Under the pieces are notes generated by a model. That model did no database searches. It saw nothing but the letters and a program-made list of their open reading frames with translations, and was not told where the DNA came from. This document shows, one piece after another, positions 50,023 through 60,556 of a stretch of 64,000 bases of DNA. Position 1 is the stretch's first letter; the number at the start of each line of letters is the position of its first letter. Source of the DNA: an uncultured virus (IMG/VR IMGVR_UViG_3300028591_000091) (taxonomy: Duplodnaviria; Heunggongvirae; Uroviricota; Caudoviricetes); IMG/VR virus record IMGVR_UViG_3300028591_000091. One strand, 5' to 3'. The position numbers and the translations under genes are program-made.

Positions 50023-53000
50023 TATCCTTTACCTTGATTTTTTAACCTAAACTTTGTCTTCATAGTCTTCAGATCATTCTTTAGACTAGAACCTCCTTGA
50101 TTGAATCCCTCTTCGTCACTGATCGTAAGTCCGAGAGCTAACAGATTATTAAGGAACAACTGATTATCCTCCTTTGCTGTATCTTTTCTTGCACCGGTGA
50201 TAAATTCCCGTGCGTTTCTAGATAACAGTGCGGACAACTCATCTTCACCTATCTTCTGTCCAGTCAATCTATACCTACCTTTACCTAAGATCGGCTCATT
50301 ACGCTTAGAACTGATATCTACTCCTGCCATACTTGTCGTCACTTTAGCTGAGTAACTGGGGATATGATATAATTCCTCTAAGTTCATCCATCCGCACTGT
50401 AATTTTTTCTGCACGGGGACAAACTTACCGGTCATTCCACTCCTTACTTTCTCATACTCTTCGGGACTTAAAACTTCTTTCAATTCCCCAAGATCAGTAA
50501 CTTCAGATTCTGGCATTAATATCTCAGACTGACTTTCTACTCCAAGTTCATCCATCCATTTCTCAACAATCTCCGGAGTAAAATCACTAAAGCAACCTAC
50601 CTCAAGATAATATACCTCCTCAATCGGCTTAGACTCATGCAACTTTATAAATTCTTCTGTGCTTAAATCTGTATAACGGCCAGGATAATATTTCTCAATT
50701 AGCGGCTTTATTTTCTTTTGCCCAGATTTTGTTTTCTTATACTCCTCTACTAAATCATATATTCTATGAACACAATTACCTAAGGATTGCTCCATCAATA
50801 CACCAGCTATCTTACGATTTCGATTATCCCGTTATTTATCATAACAGGTCAGACTATATCATTCCATTTAACAGGATCGATACACTTAGTCTTTGAATTT
50901 AGAACAATATATCCTAAACTGCTGATCCTCATTTTCTTTGAGTTCCAGCATTACTATCGATTTTCTTTACTCTCTCGAATAAAGCGACAAATCATTATAG
51001 TTTATCGTTGAATAGGGATTCATCACACATTCGCACCTGTACTGCTTTCCTGTATTCTTATCAACCATTATAGGCATCAATTCATCAGGCTTTACTACAG
51101 ATACCACACCCTTACCTCCATAGTTATTAGTAATTTTTGAACCGACCATTAAAGTAGTTCTCTTTATGAGTCTAATTCTGACCGTGTATACAACCTTATA
51201 TTCATCTCTATTCATATTAATAGGACGAAGACGATCAGCTGCTACATACTCCGGGAACTTATCATAAATTATCTTTCGGTCTGCATTCTTTTCATACTCT
51301 TCGGCTACTTCTTTTGAGGTGCGCGAAAAACGATAATCTGGTGTTTTTACTGATTTAGGTATTTTCGGCTTAGTTTGCTCCTGAATCATTACATCAGAAA
51401 CATAAGCCTCATCAATGTTATTCGGAACTTTCAGGTAATCTTCTGTAGTAAAATCTGTAATATTCTTTCCAGAAACTTCACCAAAAATTCCACCCAACTT
51501 CTCAGCTAGGACTTTATTAACATCATCCAATCTGTTAGTCTTATATACACCAATTACATTATCTCCTGACTTAACCCTAGTTCCTATAGGCGCAATCCAT
51601 TTAAGAGCTGAGGTGTTTTTTATATTAAGCTGAAGATCAATAATGCTATAATGTACACACCTATTAGCAAATGATTCTGATACTACAACGGCATCTTCAT
51701 TTACATAACCAAAATATGCATGGAACAAAACTAATGCATTAAGTCCACTCTTATAGGTATCAGTAGTTAAGTTAGTGGCTCCTGAAATTATATCACCCCT
51801 CTTTAACTTCTGACCTACCTTAACTTTCGGCTCAGTATATACACAAACATCATTCTGTGATTGTATAGCTGTGCGCCTAGGATGATTTATAATATCACCG
51901 TCAGGCAATTCTATAACAATGTTGGATTCTGTTATTTCTTTGACTTTTCCTTTATCATAATTAAATTTCTCATTCAATACATTATCTTTGAGCTCCTCCT
52001 TATGCCCAGTTCCTACAAGAGGCCTTTGAGCATTAACTAGAGGAATTGCTTGTTTTAACCAAATATTCTGTTATTTATCACAACAGTTTAGACTATATCA
52101 TCCATGTTTTACCTATAGTCGTTGATCTCAAAATATAAATTCTGAGTTGCTGATTCAAGATTAAACTCATTCCAGCAGTTAGTAAAATTTTCATAGTTTT
52201 CTTTTCCTATGGCACTTTATAAACAAAATGCTAGTTCCCATTGATATACGTACCGAGTCTGTATAATTAATGAAAGGAATTCGTCTAGTAGTTTCAGAAA
52301 GACGATAATCTGGTTCAAGATCTATTAAATCTGTCTCTTCAACCTTTACCATCTTTCTTTTCATTCTATATTTAACTTCAACCATTCCACTAGGGTCTGG
52401 CTTAAGTCTTCGGTTTTTATAATCTACAAATTCTGATGCTACAACTTTTGAATTAAGATAATCGATGTAAAATAACGATACTCTCTGAAATTCTTTATTA
52501 TAAGCACTATACAAAACGCCATCGTCTGTAATTTTTGTGCAAACAGTTAGGCTATTTTGAATGTTTGTATTGTTATTTCCTTATTCTTATTTTTTCAAAT
52601 AAGAGTAGTACTATATCATCCTAATTTAGGTTTCACATATAGTCGTTGAATATAAAATCAGTTTATATTAATTACGTTTTGTTTTTAAACCCTTTTCTAT
52701 TAGGTATTTTACGTAATTCATACTAAATCTATTTTATACTGCTGATTGGGTATTACCTTCCCAGCAATTAAGTGAAATTATTCTCGACAAATAATTTATC
52801 GGTGTCATTTATACTCTATTTTTCGATAGAGATTAGAACTATATCTTTTCTTTTGTACATAGTCGTTGAATCTAGAGAATATAACCCTAGACTGCTGGTT
52901 TTCCAAAAGGACATTCCAGCAATTCTCAAAATTCTATCTCTTTTTTACAGAGAACAGACTAACCTATGTAATCTGCAAAATCAATTATGTCTGCAAATGT

Positions 53001-53930
53001 GGGATTAAAAGCCACCGTTTCAGGCACAGTAATTTTATTTCCCAAGCTTTCTAAGTTTGCAGCATTAATTCCCGGTGGTACTTGTATTCCAGTATCTCCT
53101 TTGGAATCAGAACTTCCTTTAAAAAACCTAGCTGACATTGTAGAAATGATCGTAAGTTGGTCCGCCAGTTTTCCATACTTTACAAAATAACTAGAGATGT
53201 GTCTACGAGCGCTATTATAAGTGCGTCCGTTGTTTGATCTAAAGATATGTTTCATAAAGCCTGTTGGTACACTTTCTATCGACTTATCAATAATCAAGTC
53301 CTTTAAGCGATCATCTCCAAAAGCTAAGCAATCATTAATCAGACGCGTAGTAATGTATTCGGGTTTATAATCAATATCTAACTTAACTTGGAATTTCTTT
53401 GTTTGATATTCCGATAATTTAAGTAGTTCTTTGATTTCACCCTCAGCATCATCTATCTCTTCATATTTTAGCTTAACTTCTTTATCTATCAGTCTTAAGT
53501 TTGGATCATTTCTTTTAATTTTCAAGATTCGACGATTAATATCATATCTTCTATCGTAGTCAAAATTTATGATATAATCACCAGAGCCAGACATTCTTAT
53601 TCGACAATCATAATCAGAGCTTAGGCTGTTTGTTGCAATTCGATAAGCTCCCTCAATGATGAAAACCCCTTCAACTTCTTTGGGAACTTCGAATTCACTG
53701 TATTTGATTTCGTCTGGTTTATCGGTTGTTGTATATTCTATTCTAACCTTGAATGTAGCAGTTAATCCATTCTCTACATAATAAGAGGCTGGTTGATCTG
53801 CTTCTTCAACGATAGAATGTGTCAGTGTAGCTATCTTAACCTTAGGATTAAAAATATCTGCACTACCAACAAACCTTTCTACCATTATCTTTGCTCCTCG
53901 ATTCTTGAAATATTCGTTAAAGCTACTCAT
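50022..53930 (-). CDS. rpoB: phage DNA-directed RNA polymerase beta subunit, 5 exons: 53930-52971, 52805-52798, 52578-52228, 52059-51004, 50820-50022 (3174 nt, ~1057 aa)
   Basis: Spliced junctions restore beta motifs: DTPINNNTNIQNSL (cf. ETPEGPNIGLINSL), MGTSMLKQAIPL (cf. MGANMQRQAVP), NPYSTINR; also GYVNEDA, GSKITNNYGGKGVV, GQKIGEDE. Exon sum is a multiple of 3. Confidence 0.88.
50821..51003 (-). ncRNA. group I intron, beta intron 4 (183 nt)
   Basis: P UGCUGGAA, Q AUCAGCAG, R UCAAAGACUA, S GAUAUAGUCU; exon ends in U, intron ends in G; restores TI|NRK. Confidence 0.85.
52060..52227 (-). ncRNA. group I intron, beta intron 3 (168 nt)
   Basis: P, Q, R and S present; restores SM|LKQ. Confidence 0.85.
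52579..52797 (-). ncRNA. group I intron, beta intron 2 (219 nt)
   Basis: P, Q, R present; S variant UAGUACU; restores TPI|NNN. Confidence 0.8.
52806..52970 (-). ncRNA. group I intron, beta intron 1 (165 nt)
   Basis: P, Q, R present; S variant UAGUUCU; restores FAD|TP. Confidence 0.8.
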
Positions 53931-53931
53931 T

Positions 53932-54288
53932 TTATACTAATGCTTTTATATTTAGCTGTTTATACTCACAATCTACCGAGTTAAAGAATTCCTCAATCTC
54001 ACCTTTAATCTGATCTTTTAAATCCCGAGCTGCAACATATTCGCCCATAGGAAGACCTGCAGTGGATCGAAAGAAAGCTGTATAAGTAACTAGATAATTG
54101 TAAGTATCTTTCAATTGATATAATACCAGCTTTACAGAAAATAATTCGTATTTTTGTGGGATTATATCAGCCAATCTGTCATATAAGTTGTCCCTAGCCT
54201 GAATTATACTAGGGTCTTGACTGTCTAATACATTATAAGGTATTTCATAAGACAGAGCTATGTTATAATATGTATTATCTCCACCCAT
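53932..54288 (-). CDS. hypothetical protein within RNAP operon
   Basis: 118 aa, 1 bp from the beta start. Confidence 0.7.
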   Translation of the reverse strand: MGGDNTYYNIALSYEIPYNVLDSQDPSIIQARDNLYDRLADIIPQKYELFSVKLVLYQLKDTYNYLVTYTAFFRSTAGLPMGEYVAARDLKDQIKGEIEEFFNSVDCEYKQLNIKALV

Positions 54289-54293
54289 AGTAT

Positions 54294-54476
54294 TTAAAAA
54301 TCAGCATCCATCATATTTCCTCCAGCTTTCTTTGTCTTAGCTGGTTTTTCTTTTTCTTCAGCCACATCCGTTTTAGGTGGGGTAGCTGTATTACAAACTA
54401 CCTCACCATCTTTACGAATGACTATGCTGATTGATAACTCCTTTTCAAAATTAGGAACATCAAATTCAATCTTCAT
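54294..54476 (-). CDS. small hypothetical protein within RNAP operon
   Basis: 60 aa between beta-prime and 53932. Confidence 0.6.
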   Translation of the reverse strand: MKIEFDVPNFEKELSISIVIRKDGEVVCNTATPPKTDVAEEKEKPAKTKKAGGNMMDADF

Positions 54477-54493
54477 AATCTTTTGCCTTTTCT

Positions 54494-57400
54494 TTATTTG
54501 TTTTTAGTATCATCAAGTTGGTTATTCAAGAGAAGGCCAAGAATTACTCCAGTCATAACATCATTTCCAAGATTTACTTCTCCTCGTAATGCCTTATTTA
54601 CTACTCTTGAACTATAACCATAACTTAGAACAGTATAGAACGATTTCTTTGAAAGTACTGATGTCTGAGTTCCCTGATATTCGATATCCTCAATCTGTGC
54701 TGTCTTAGGATTATACGTTATATTTGTTAATCCTGTGAACAACAACTCAATGATATCTTCCTGTGTAGAGCTCAAGCTTGATACTCCACTCTTTGCGAAA
54801 CCTCCATCAGTAAGGGTATAAAACTGCTTTCGGAAGATAAGATATATGTCGTTCAGTCTATTTTTACCTAGTTCAGAAATCACGTTGCTCATATTAACAA
54901 CTCCTGAACAGATTCTATCAAACTTCCTAATTTGGGTCCCTTCTGAATAGAAATACATGCACTCCGGATTGTACTGATATGTTCTATCCCCGATTTTTAC
55001 TTCAATATCTCCATTCTTGTTCTCCACATATCTGATAACCCCATCATCATATGCATAACAGTCCGAAATCAAGATGTTATCCTTTTCAAAATATCTAAGT
55101 CCTGCAGATTTTCTAGCTCGCATAAGATCGATCATAGAATTAAGTTTGCTAATTGGACTTGATGTATTATAAGCACAACATACGATCTCACCCTTTTCAA
55201 ATTTATCTTTTGCTAATGTTACCAAGTTATCTGGACGAGGATACTTAAGCTCTCCTCCTCCTCTAACCTTAAGAAATATAAATTTTCCTTCTTCTCTGAA
55301 AGTGCATGTCTTAGGAGCATATAAATATCCATCCTTGGACAAAACCCTTTCATGGCCCAAACCCAAATATATTCCTATATTTAGATAGACTATATCTTAT
55401 TTAACTATAAATTAGATATTATTAGTCGTTGAACTAGTTTTTAAAATACTAGCTGCTGATTAACCTTTTGGTACTTCCAGCAATTTTATCTATTTTTGCA
55501 CGGCAGTCATTTATTTTAGAAGGCTTTAATTTACCGTGCTTCAGTCCCAGTGCAGCTTGAGTCGTTCCTTCAGTTAATGATCGAGCGAAAGACAAACCTA
55601 TGGCAGCCCCAGGAGTAAAATCTTTAAAGAATTTATTTATAAGGTCGGGAGTAATGACGTTAAGGTCTCCCGTTCTTTTTGATACAATAGATCTCACTAA
55701 AACCAAATCATCCTCGTCTGGTTTCCCTTTAAAATCTGGGTAAACTTTTCCGGAAGGAGCAGTTCTACCACCAGCTTTATAACGAGGGATTAGGATTCCA
55801 GGATTCTCAGCATCTTCTCCATCTTGATAAACATAATTATTCAAGAGGAATGAAATTTGTCGCGTTAATGATCCCGAATTTGGCCACTTCTCTAGTCAAC
55901 GCGCAGAAAACTAGAGATGTTAATGTTAGTCATATTTCTATAACTATTAGACTATATCACCTAAGTACAGTGTCTAGTCGTTGCTCTTATCACTCTTTAC
56001 TTCCATCTCTGTTGCGGTCTTCTCTAATCCTATCTGGTGTTTTTCATTAAGATCTCTAAGTATCTCTCCCAAACCAGTTAAGAATGCACCGACAACAGTA
56101 ATAATTTTAATAATTGTTTTTGGATTCATCATATAGGTAATAAGTTGCTGATTAAAATTGTTTTTCTTCCAGCAATTAAACTGTATTTTAACAGGCGCAC
56201 CGTTACAATTCGGGCTTAACCTTTCACGCCTGAAACTTTGATACTCTGTAAGCTCCTATTTTCAATGCTGTGGAATATCATATCTTTTTCTGAAAGACCA
56301 GTTAGAAGGGAACCTTTTGTTATTACGGGGACCTCTGAAACTCCGCTTACTATCAATTGAGGCATATTGAGGGCGGATATACTAGATATCTTTACTCGAC
56401 CTGCACGATTAAGCTCGTTTTTAAGATCTTCAGAAAATGAAGCTTCAATCTCTCTTTCATATTGCTCATATTTCTCTGTCAAAAGAACCAATTTTTGTCG
56501 ATCCGTTAGGTCAGGAGAGTCAGCAATATTACGAATTTCCTGATAAGTTTTTGTATTAGTGGGAGTGTAAAGCGTAGGAAAATCAAACGTTACTACACCC
56601 GCAAGAGATACTACTCGGAGACAGAATTTTTGAAGTTCTAGTCGTTTTTCAATTCCATCATCAGGATAATCATATAAGAATGCACTAAGCTTCATTGCGG
56701 ATTTAGCATCAAATCGTGTATACTTATCTTTGGTGAAATTAAAATCATCCATATTTCTTCCCAGAATTTTTGAAATTCTAATTTTACCATAAGTTGTTAC
56801 CTCTGATTGATACTTTAATCCATCGCCAAAATCATAAGTAAATACAATAGGCGTTCCAATTTTTAAAATTTTATTTACTTCAACATCAAGAACCAATTTC
56901 TTATAATCATCATAAAAGTATCTTGGCTCTTTAAGCTCCTCTGGATCTTCCGGTGTCCATTCAGAAGCTACTGCTAACCCATTAAGTACTTCATGATTTA
57001 TCGTGGCAATCGGTTCGCGATTTTTCTTGTAATAAGCTACATATCTGGGGCTCATCTTACGAAAAGTGTCCTCAGAAACCTCGCTTGGTACTAATTGACT
57101 ATTAGTTAAGAAATTTCTTACTTAACATAGACTGTATCATCTCGCTTTATTTACGCGGTTTTGTACATCAGTCGTTGAAAAGAAATCATTATAGATTCCT
57201 TCTGCTGATCTGAATTTAATTTTCATTTCCAGCAGTACTCAAAATTTTCTTCTACATAACATAGAAGCTACTCTTTTCAAATAGCTACAGTATCCGATAT
57301 ATCTAATAATCTCTTATTAGTCTAGCATATATCTTCATCCCTAATAAGGGATGGTGAGCACTCTAGGGAAAATTATTTCATTTCCTATGCGTTACGCTGA

Positions 57401-60400
57401 TAACCATATAAATTACCAGCTCGGTATTAGCTATAAAACTTTCACCGAATTTGCTCACTAATAATTTGAAACATTACTGCTTCAAACGGCAATATTGTTT
57501 ACCATCAAAATCCTTTATGTTCAACCAGGCACACTACTTCTGGCCCGCCTTTTGGCAGCTATACATCTCTGTATAGAACAGACTATATCTTCATCTCTAT
57601 TAAAAGAGAGTCTGGCTTTTCCACTCGTGATTTGAGTGTACTCCCATTTGGGATAGTCGTTGAGGTTGTAAAATATCAAATAGTCAGTTTGATATTCATT
57701 AATTATCTTCGTTATAAAAAGACCACCCGTGATCCTTCTTTACGACACCATTTACCCAGTTACTCATAGTGGTTTTGCTTACGTTTGCTGCTTCTGCAGC
57801 TTCCTTTATACAACCATATATAGTACCGTCAGGGGAAATAACTTTCTTTGCGTTAACTTTATCTCCTCCATGTTTTTGTTTAGATTTCATATACTCTCTA
57901 TAGGCAGGATCTAAATATTTTTTCTTATGAGTCTCTGACTGTTTTCGTAAATATTCTGGATCTTTAGCAAGCCTTTTTGCAATCTCTGATCGTCTTTTTC
58001 TATACTCAGGATCATTTACATCTAATTTACTAAAATTTTCTGCAGCTCTTTTTCTAAAGCTTTCAGGGTCTTTTTTAACACTCTCTTTAGCAAGTTCTGA
58101 CATTTTTTTCTTAGTTTCCTCTGTATGTCTTTTTCCTTTATGAGATTCAGAAAGTTTCTTTTTGTGTTCTTCTGATTTTGGAACACCTTTCCTAATTTTT
58201 GATAGCTTTTGTTTATGATCTTCTGATAGTTTTCTGCCTTTTCTATCTTTAGAAGCCCTCTCTTTTTGTTCTTGGGTCCAAAGACGACCAAAATTTGGAT
58301 TATTTTCTCCTTTTAATAACTCCGACATTTTCTTTCTATATTCATCTGATTGGACTTTAGCAAGAAATCTTTCACGGACTTTACTTGCAGTTCTAGAAGA
58401 AAAATGCTTTGTTACTGTAGAATTCCTTTCTATTTGGTTTCGTCTATTACTATTGCTATTGTGCCCATTAAACATGAGATTTGCAGCAGTTAATAACCCA
58501 TCTGAGTCGGGATATACTTCCAATATAACCAAATGAGCCATTAAATGATATCTAATAGGCATTTTTACGAGATTTTCCTTAATATCTGTACCACCTAATG
58601 TTTTTGGAAAAATATGATGTACCTCGTAGTATACAGTTGACAATTCTTCCTCTGTCATTGATTGGCATCGTTTTATCAATCTAATATATAATCTTAAGTA
58701 TTTACATCTATGATTATATTCAATTTCTGTGAGACCCTCCTTTTTTATTTCAGGGAGGTGATAAGTCTCATAAATTAAATTAATTTCATCCATATAATTT
58801 TAATTTTAAGCTTTAGTTTGTTTCTTTACAACCTGCTGATTGTCTCTATCCTATGAATTTTTAGGGTTGGTGACTAAATCCAACATTAACCTCCTATCAT
58901 AAGCCTATCAAGAGTTTCCAGCATTTAACCAGATTTTATAACACCTATTTTGTTAAGCGTTAAGAGGAGAACAATGAAGAATCTTTTACATCGCTGTAAT
59001 TTTATAATTGATTCTTCAGACTATACCTTTCTCTCTTTGAGATTCTGTATATAGTCGTTGGGCTTAAGACATTATAATCTTAAGTTGCTGATCTGGATTT
59101 CAAAATATCCGTTCCAGCATTTAGCAGAATTTTACAGCAACCTGTATTTTTGATCGCTGGTGGAAATCCGATTGCGTATTCGTCCCACAATTTTATTTTT
59201 ACGCAGAATAGACTATATTCCATTTATCCTTTGATTTATCACCTAAGGATAGACTATATTTTCTGTTGTGCCTTCTATAGTCGTTGAACCTAAGTTATTT
59301 TAAACCTAGATTGCTGATTTGAGTTTAACCTCATTCCAGCAGTTTAAGCATTTTACTTGCACAAATTATAGGTTATGCAAACTGGGCTGGCGATTCACCA
59401 AAACCATTCGTCCTTCTGCATATTCTTTGAAGAGTTTCTGAGTCTCCTCGTTCATTGCCTCCTCGCGTGTAGCTTTCTTCGCTTCTTTCTCAGTAAAGTT
59501 AAGTTTTTCCATGAGATGTTTGATGAAATCCTCTCTAAGCATCTCGTATGCGATCGACGTCGGAATTTTTAGTTCATCAATTTTAATATCCATGGCAGGC
59601 ACAATAGGACATCTAGCTGAATTTTTTGTTCGTACAGCATAGAGTTCTCGTGCCAAATTTTCTTTACTAGTATTAAGAAGGTTGGTTGCTTGTTTGATAA
59701 CTGCATTTAAGAACGCACGGAGAAGCGCAGTATATCGAACTCTTTCTCCGGGAGTTGAAAGTTTACTCATTACGGTTTCATAGTTTAAGCCGTCGTTAAC
59801 TTTCTTATCCTCTACACAGCACAGCCAAATAATAGCGCTATACAAGGTAGAAAGTTTGTGAGTGCCCATCATTTTCTTACCATCTTTATAGGCAAGTGTA
59901 AAGGGTCTCATAGCGGCGGGCAAAACTAGATAGTAATGATTAATTAGTTTTCTAAATTCTGTTAAGCTCTCCGGAAAATGCTTACTAATAATTTCGAGTA
60001 ACCCTTCATAAGAACATTTTTTCTCATCTGTAATAACTTCTGAGATAACTAGTTCTTTCTTTTTAGGGTTATAATCAAATTGGCAAGTATCGAACACTTT
60101 AATTCCCAGTTTCTTTGATCCTCTACCTGCTGAATATCCTAATCTACTAAGGTTTTTGTCATTAAAATTCATAACGATCTTAGTATCTTTGAATATCTCA
60201 TCGAATTTCTGTTTAAAGATTTCGAATCGTAGAGCATTAAGATAATAGAAAGGTAGTTCAATTCTTGCAAATCTTCTTAGTGCTGCATCTTTTGTGTAAA
60301 CCTTAGTACCGCAATAGGGACAAGGTTGTGGGTCCGGAGAGGCTTGACGAATTTTTCCACACACACATCTATCAACCATCGGAGAACCAAAAATTTCAGT

Positions 60401-60544
60401 ATCATAAACTCCTCCTGTAATTGGTTGGAGTCTATCGAATTTAAGGTTTAGGTCTCCGTGTGAATAGAGTACATGATCTTTTCCATCAGACCTCGAATAA
60501 TCTAGAATGTCATCATCTGTTAATAGCTCTAATGATATTGCCAT
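54494..60544 (-). CDS. rpoC: phage DNA-directed RNA polymerase beta-prime subunit, 8 exons: 60544-59375, 59220-59153, 58974-58956, 57512-57501, 57294-57281, 57098-56226, 55884-55533, 55357-54494 (3372 nt, ~1123 aa)
   Basis: Zn finger CVCG...CPYCG; spliced NRQPSLH EYSLFCVKIKLWDEYAIGFPPAI CSPLNA DFDG DTVAI QLVP; bridge helix RSLQSIKVSGVPNSGSLTRQ; trigger loop TEGTTQAALGLKHGG. Confidence 0.9.
55358..55532 (-). ncRNA. group I intron, beta-prime intron 7 (175 nt)
   Basis: P1 GCACGGU/GCCGUGC with U-G; P, Q, R, S; P9 with GGAA tetraloop; restores KHG|GH. Confidence 0.85.
55885..56225 (-). ncRNA. group I intron, beta-prime intron 6 (341 nt)
   Basis: P1 CAGGCGU/GCGCCUG; P, Q, R, S; restores GV|PNSG. 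Confidence 0.85.
55974..56132 (-). CDS. 52-aa intron-internal ORF (not an endonuclease)
   Basis: MMNPKTIIKIITVVGAFLTGLGEILRDL...KSND*, between Q and R; stop overlaps R. Confidence 0.35.
   Translation of the reverse strand: MMNPKTIIKIITVVGAFLTGLGEILRDLNEKHQIGLEKTATEMEVKSDKSND
57099..57280 (-). ncRNA. group I intron, beta-prime intron 5 (182 nt)
   Basis: P1 AGCUAU/GUAGCU; P, Q; R CGACUG and S CAGUCU covary; restores AI|QLVP. Confidence 0.85.
57295..57500 (-). ncRNA. group I intron, beta-prime intron 4 (206 nt, different IB-like core)
   Basis: P AAUUCGGUGAA, Q AAUACCGAG, R GUAACGCAUA, S AAGAUAUAUGCU, P3 GUGAGC/GCUCAC; restores DFDG|D. Confidence 0.8.
57513..58955 (-). mobile_element. group I intron, beta-prime intron 3 (1443 nt) carrying HNH homing endonuclease
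   Basis: P near 58916, Q near 58834, R near 57654, S near 57580; restores NA|DFDG. Confidence 0.88.
57699..58793 (-). CDS. intron-encoded HNH homing endonuclease with NUMOD3 repeats and C-terminal HTH
   Basis: EVHHIFPKTLGGTD--ENLV...H--AH; repeated SEEHKKKLS/TEETKKKMS; IYGCIKEAAEA. Confidence 0.88.
   Translation of the reverse strand: MDEINLIYETYHLPEIKKEGLTEIEYNHRCKYLRLYIRLIKRCQSMTEEELSTVYYEVHHIFPKTLGGTDIKENLVKMPIRYHLMAHLVILEVYPDSDGLLTAANLMFNGHNSNSNRRNQIERNSTVTKHFSSRTASKVRERFLAKVQSDEYRKKMSELLKGENNPNFGRLWTQEQKERASKDRKGRKLSEDHKQKLSKIRKGVPKSEEHKKKLSESHKGKRHTEETKKKMSELAKESVKKDPESFRKRAAENFSKLDVNDPEYRKRRSEIAKRLAKDPEYLRKQSETHKKKYLDPAYREYMKSKQKHGGDKVNAKKVISPDGTIYGCIKEAAEAANVSKTTMSNWVNGVVKKDHGWSFYNEDN
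58975..59152 (-). ncRNA. group I intron, beta-prime intron 2 (178 nt; 3-prime end probably A at 58975, alternative G at 58972)
   Basis: P1 CAGCGAU/GUUGCUG; P, Q, R, S; restores AI|CSPLNA. Confidence 0.8.
59221..59374 (-). ncRNA. group I intron, beta-prime intron 1 (154 nt)
   Basis: P1 UUGCAU/GUGCAA; P3 UGCUU/AGGCA; P, Q, R, S; restores SLH|EYS. Confidence 0.85.
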
Positions 60545-60556
60545 AATTGTTTAGTT

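Noticed and set aside
59209..59220. Second AGACTATATT suggesting another intron end
   Set aside because: It is exon sequence (EYSL) with no matching R element; it could at most compete for P7 pairing
50851..59341. Repeated AGACTATATC / TAGTCGTTGA / GCTGAT / TTCCAGCA as a CRISPR array or dispersed repeat
   Set aside because: These are reverse complements of intron core elements in fixed order, not identical repeats with regular spacers
50022..60544. RNAP fragments as pseudogenes, phiKZ-style split subunits or inteins
   Set aside because: Every break contains group I P/Q/R/S elements and in-frame stops, and precise removal restores conserved motifs without gaps
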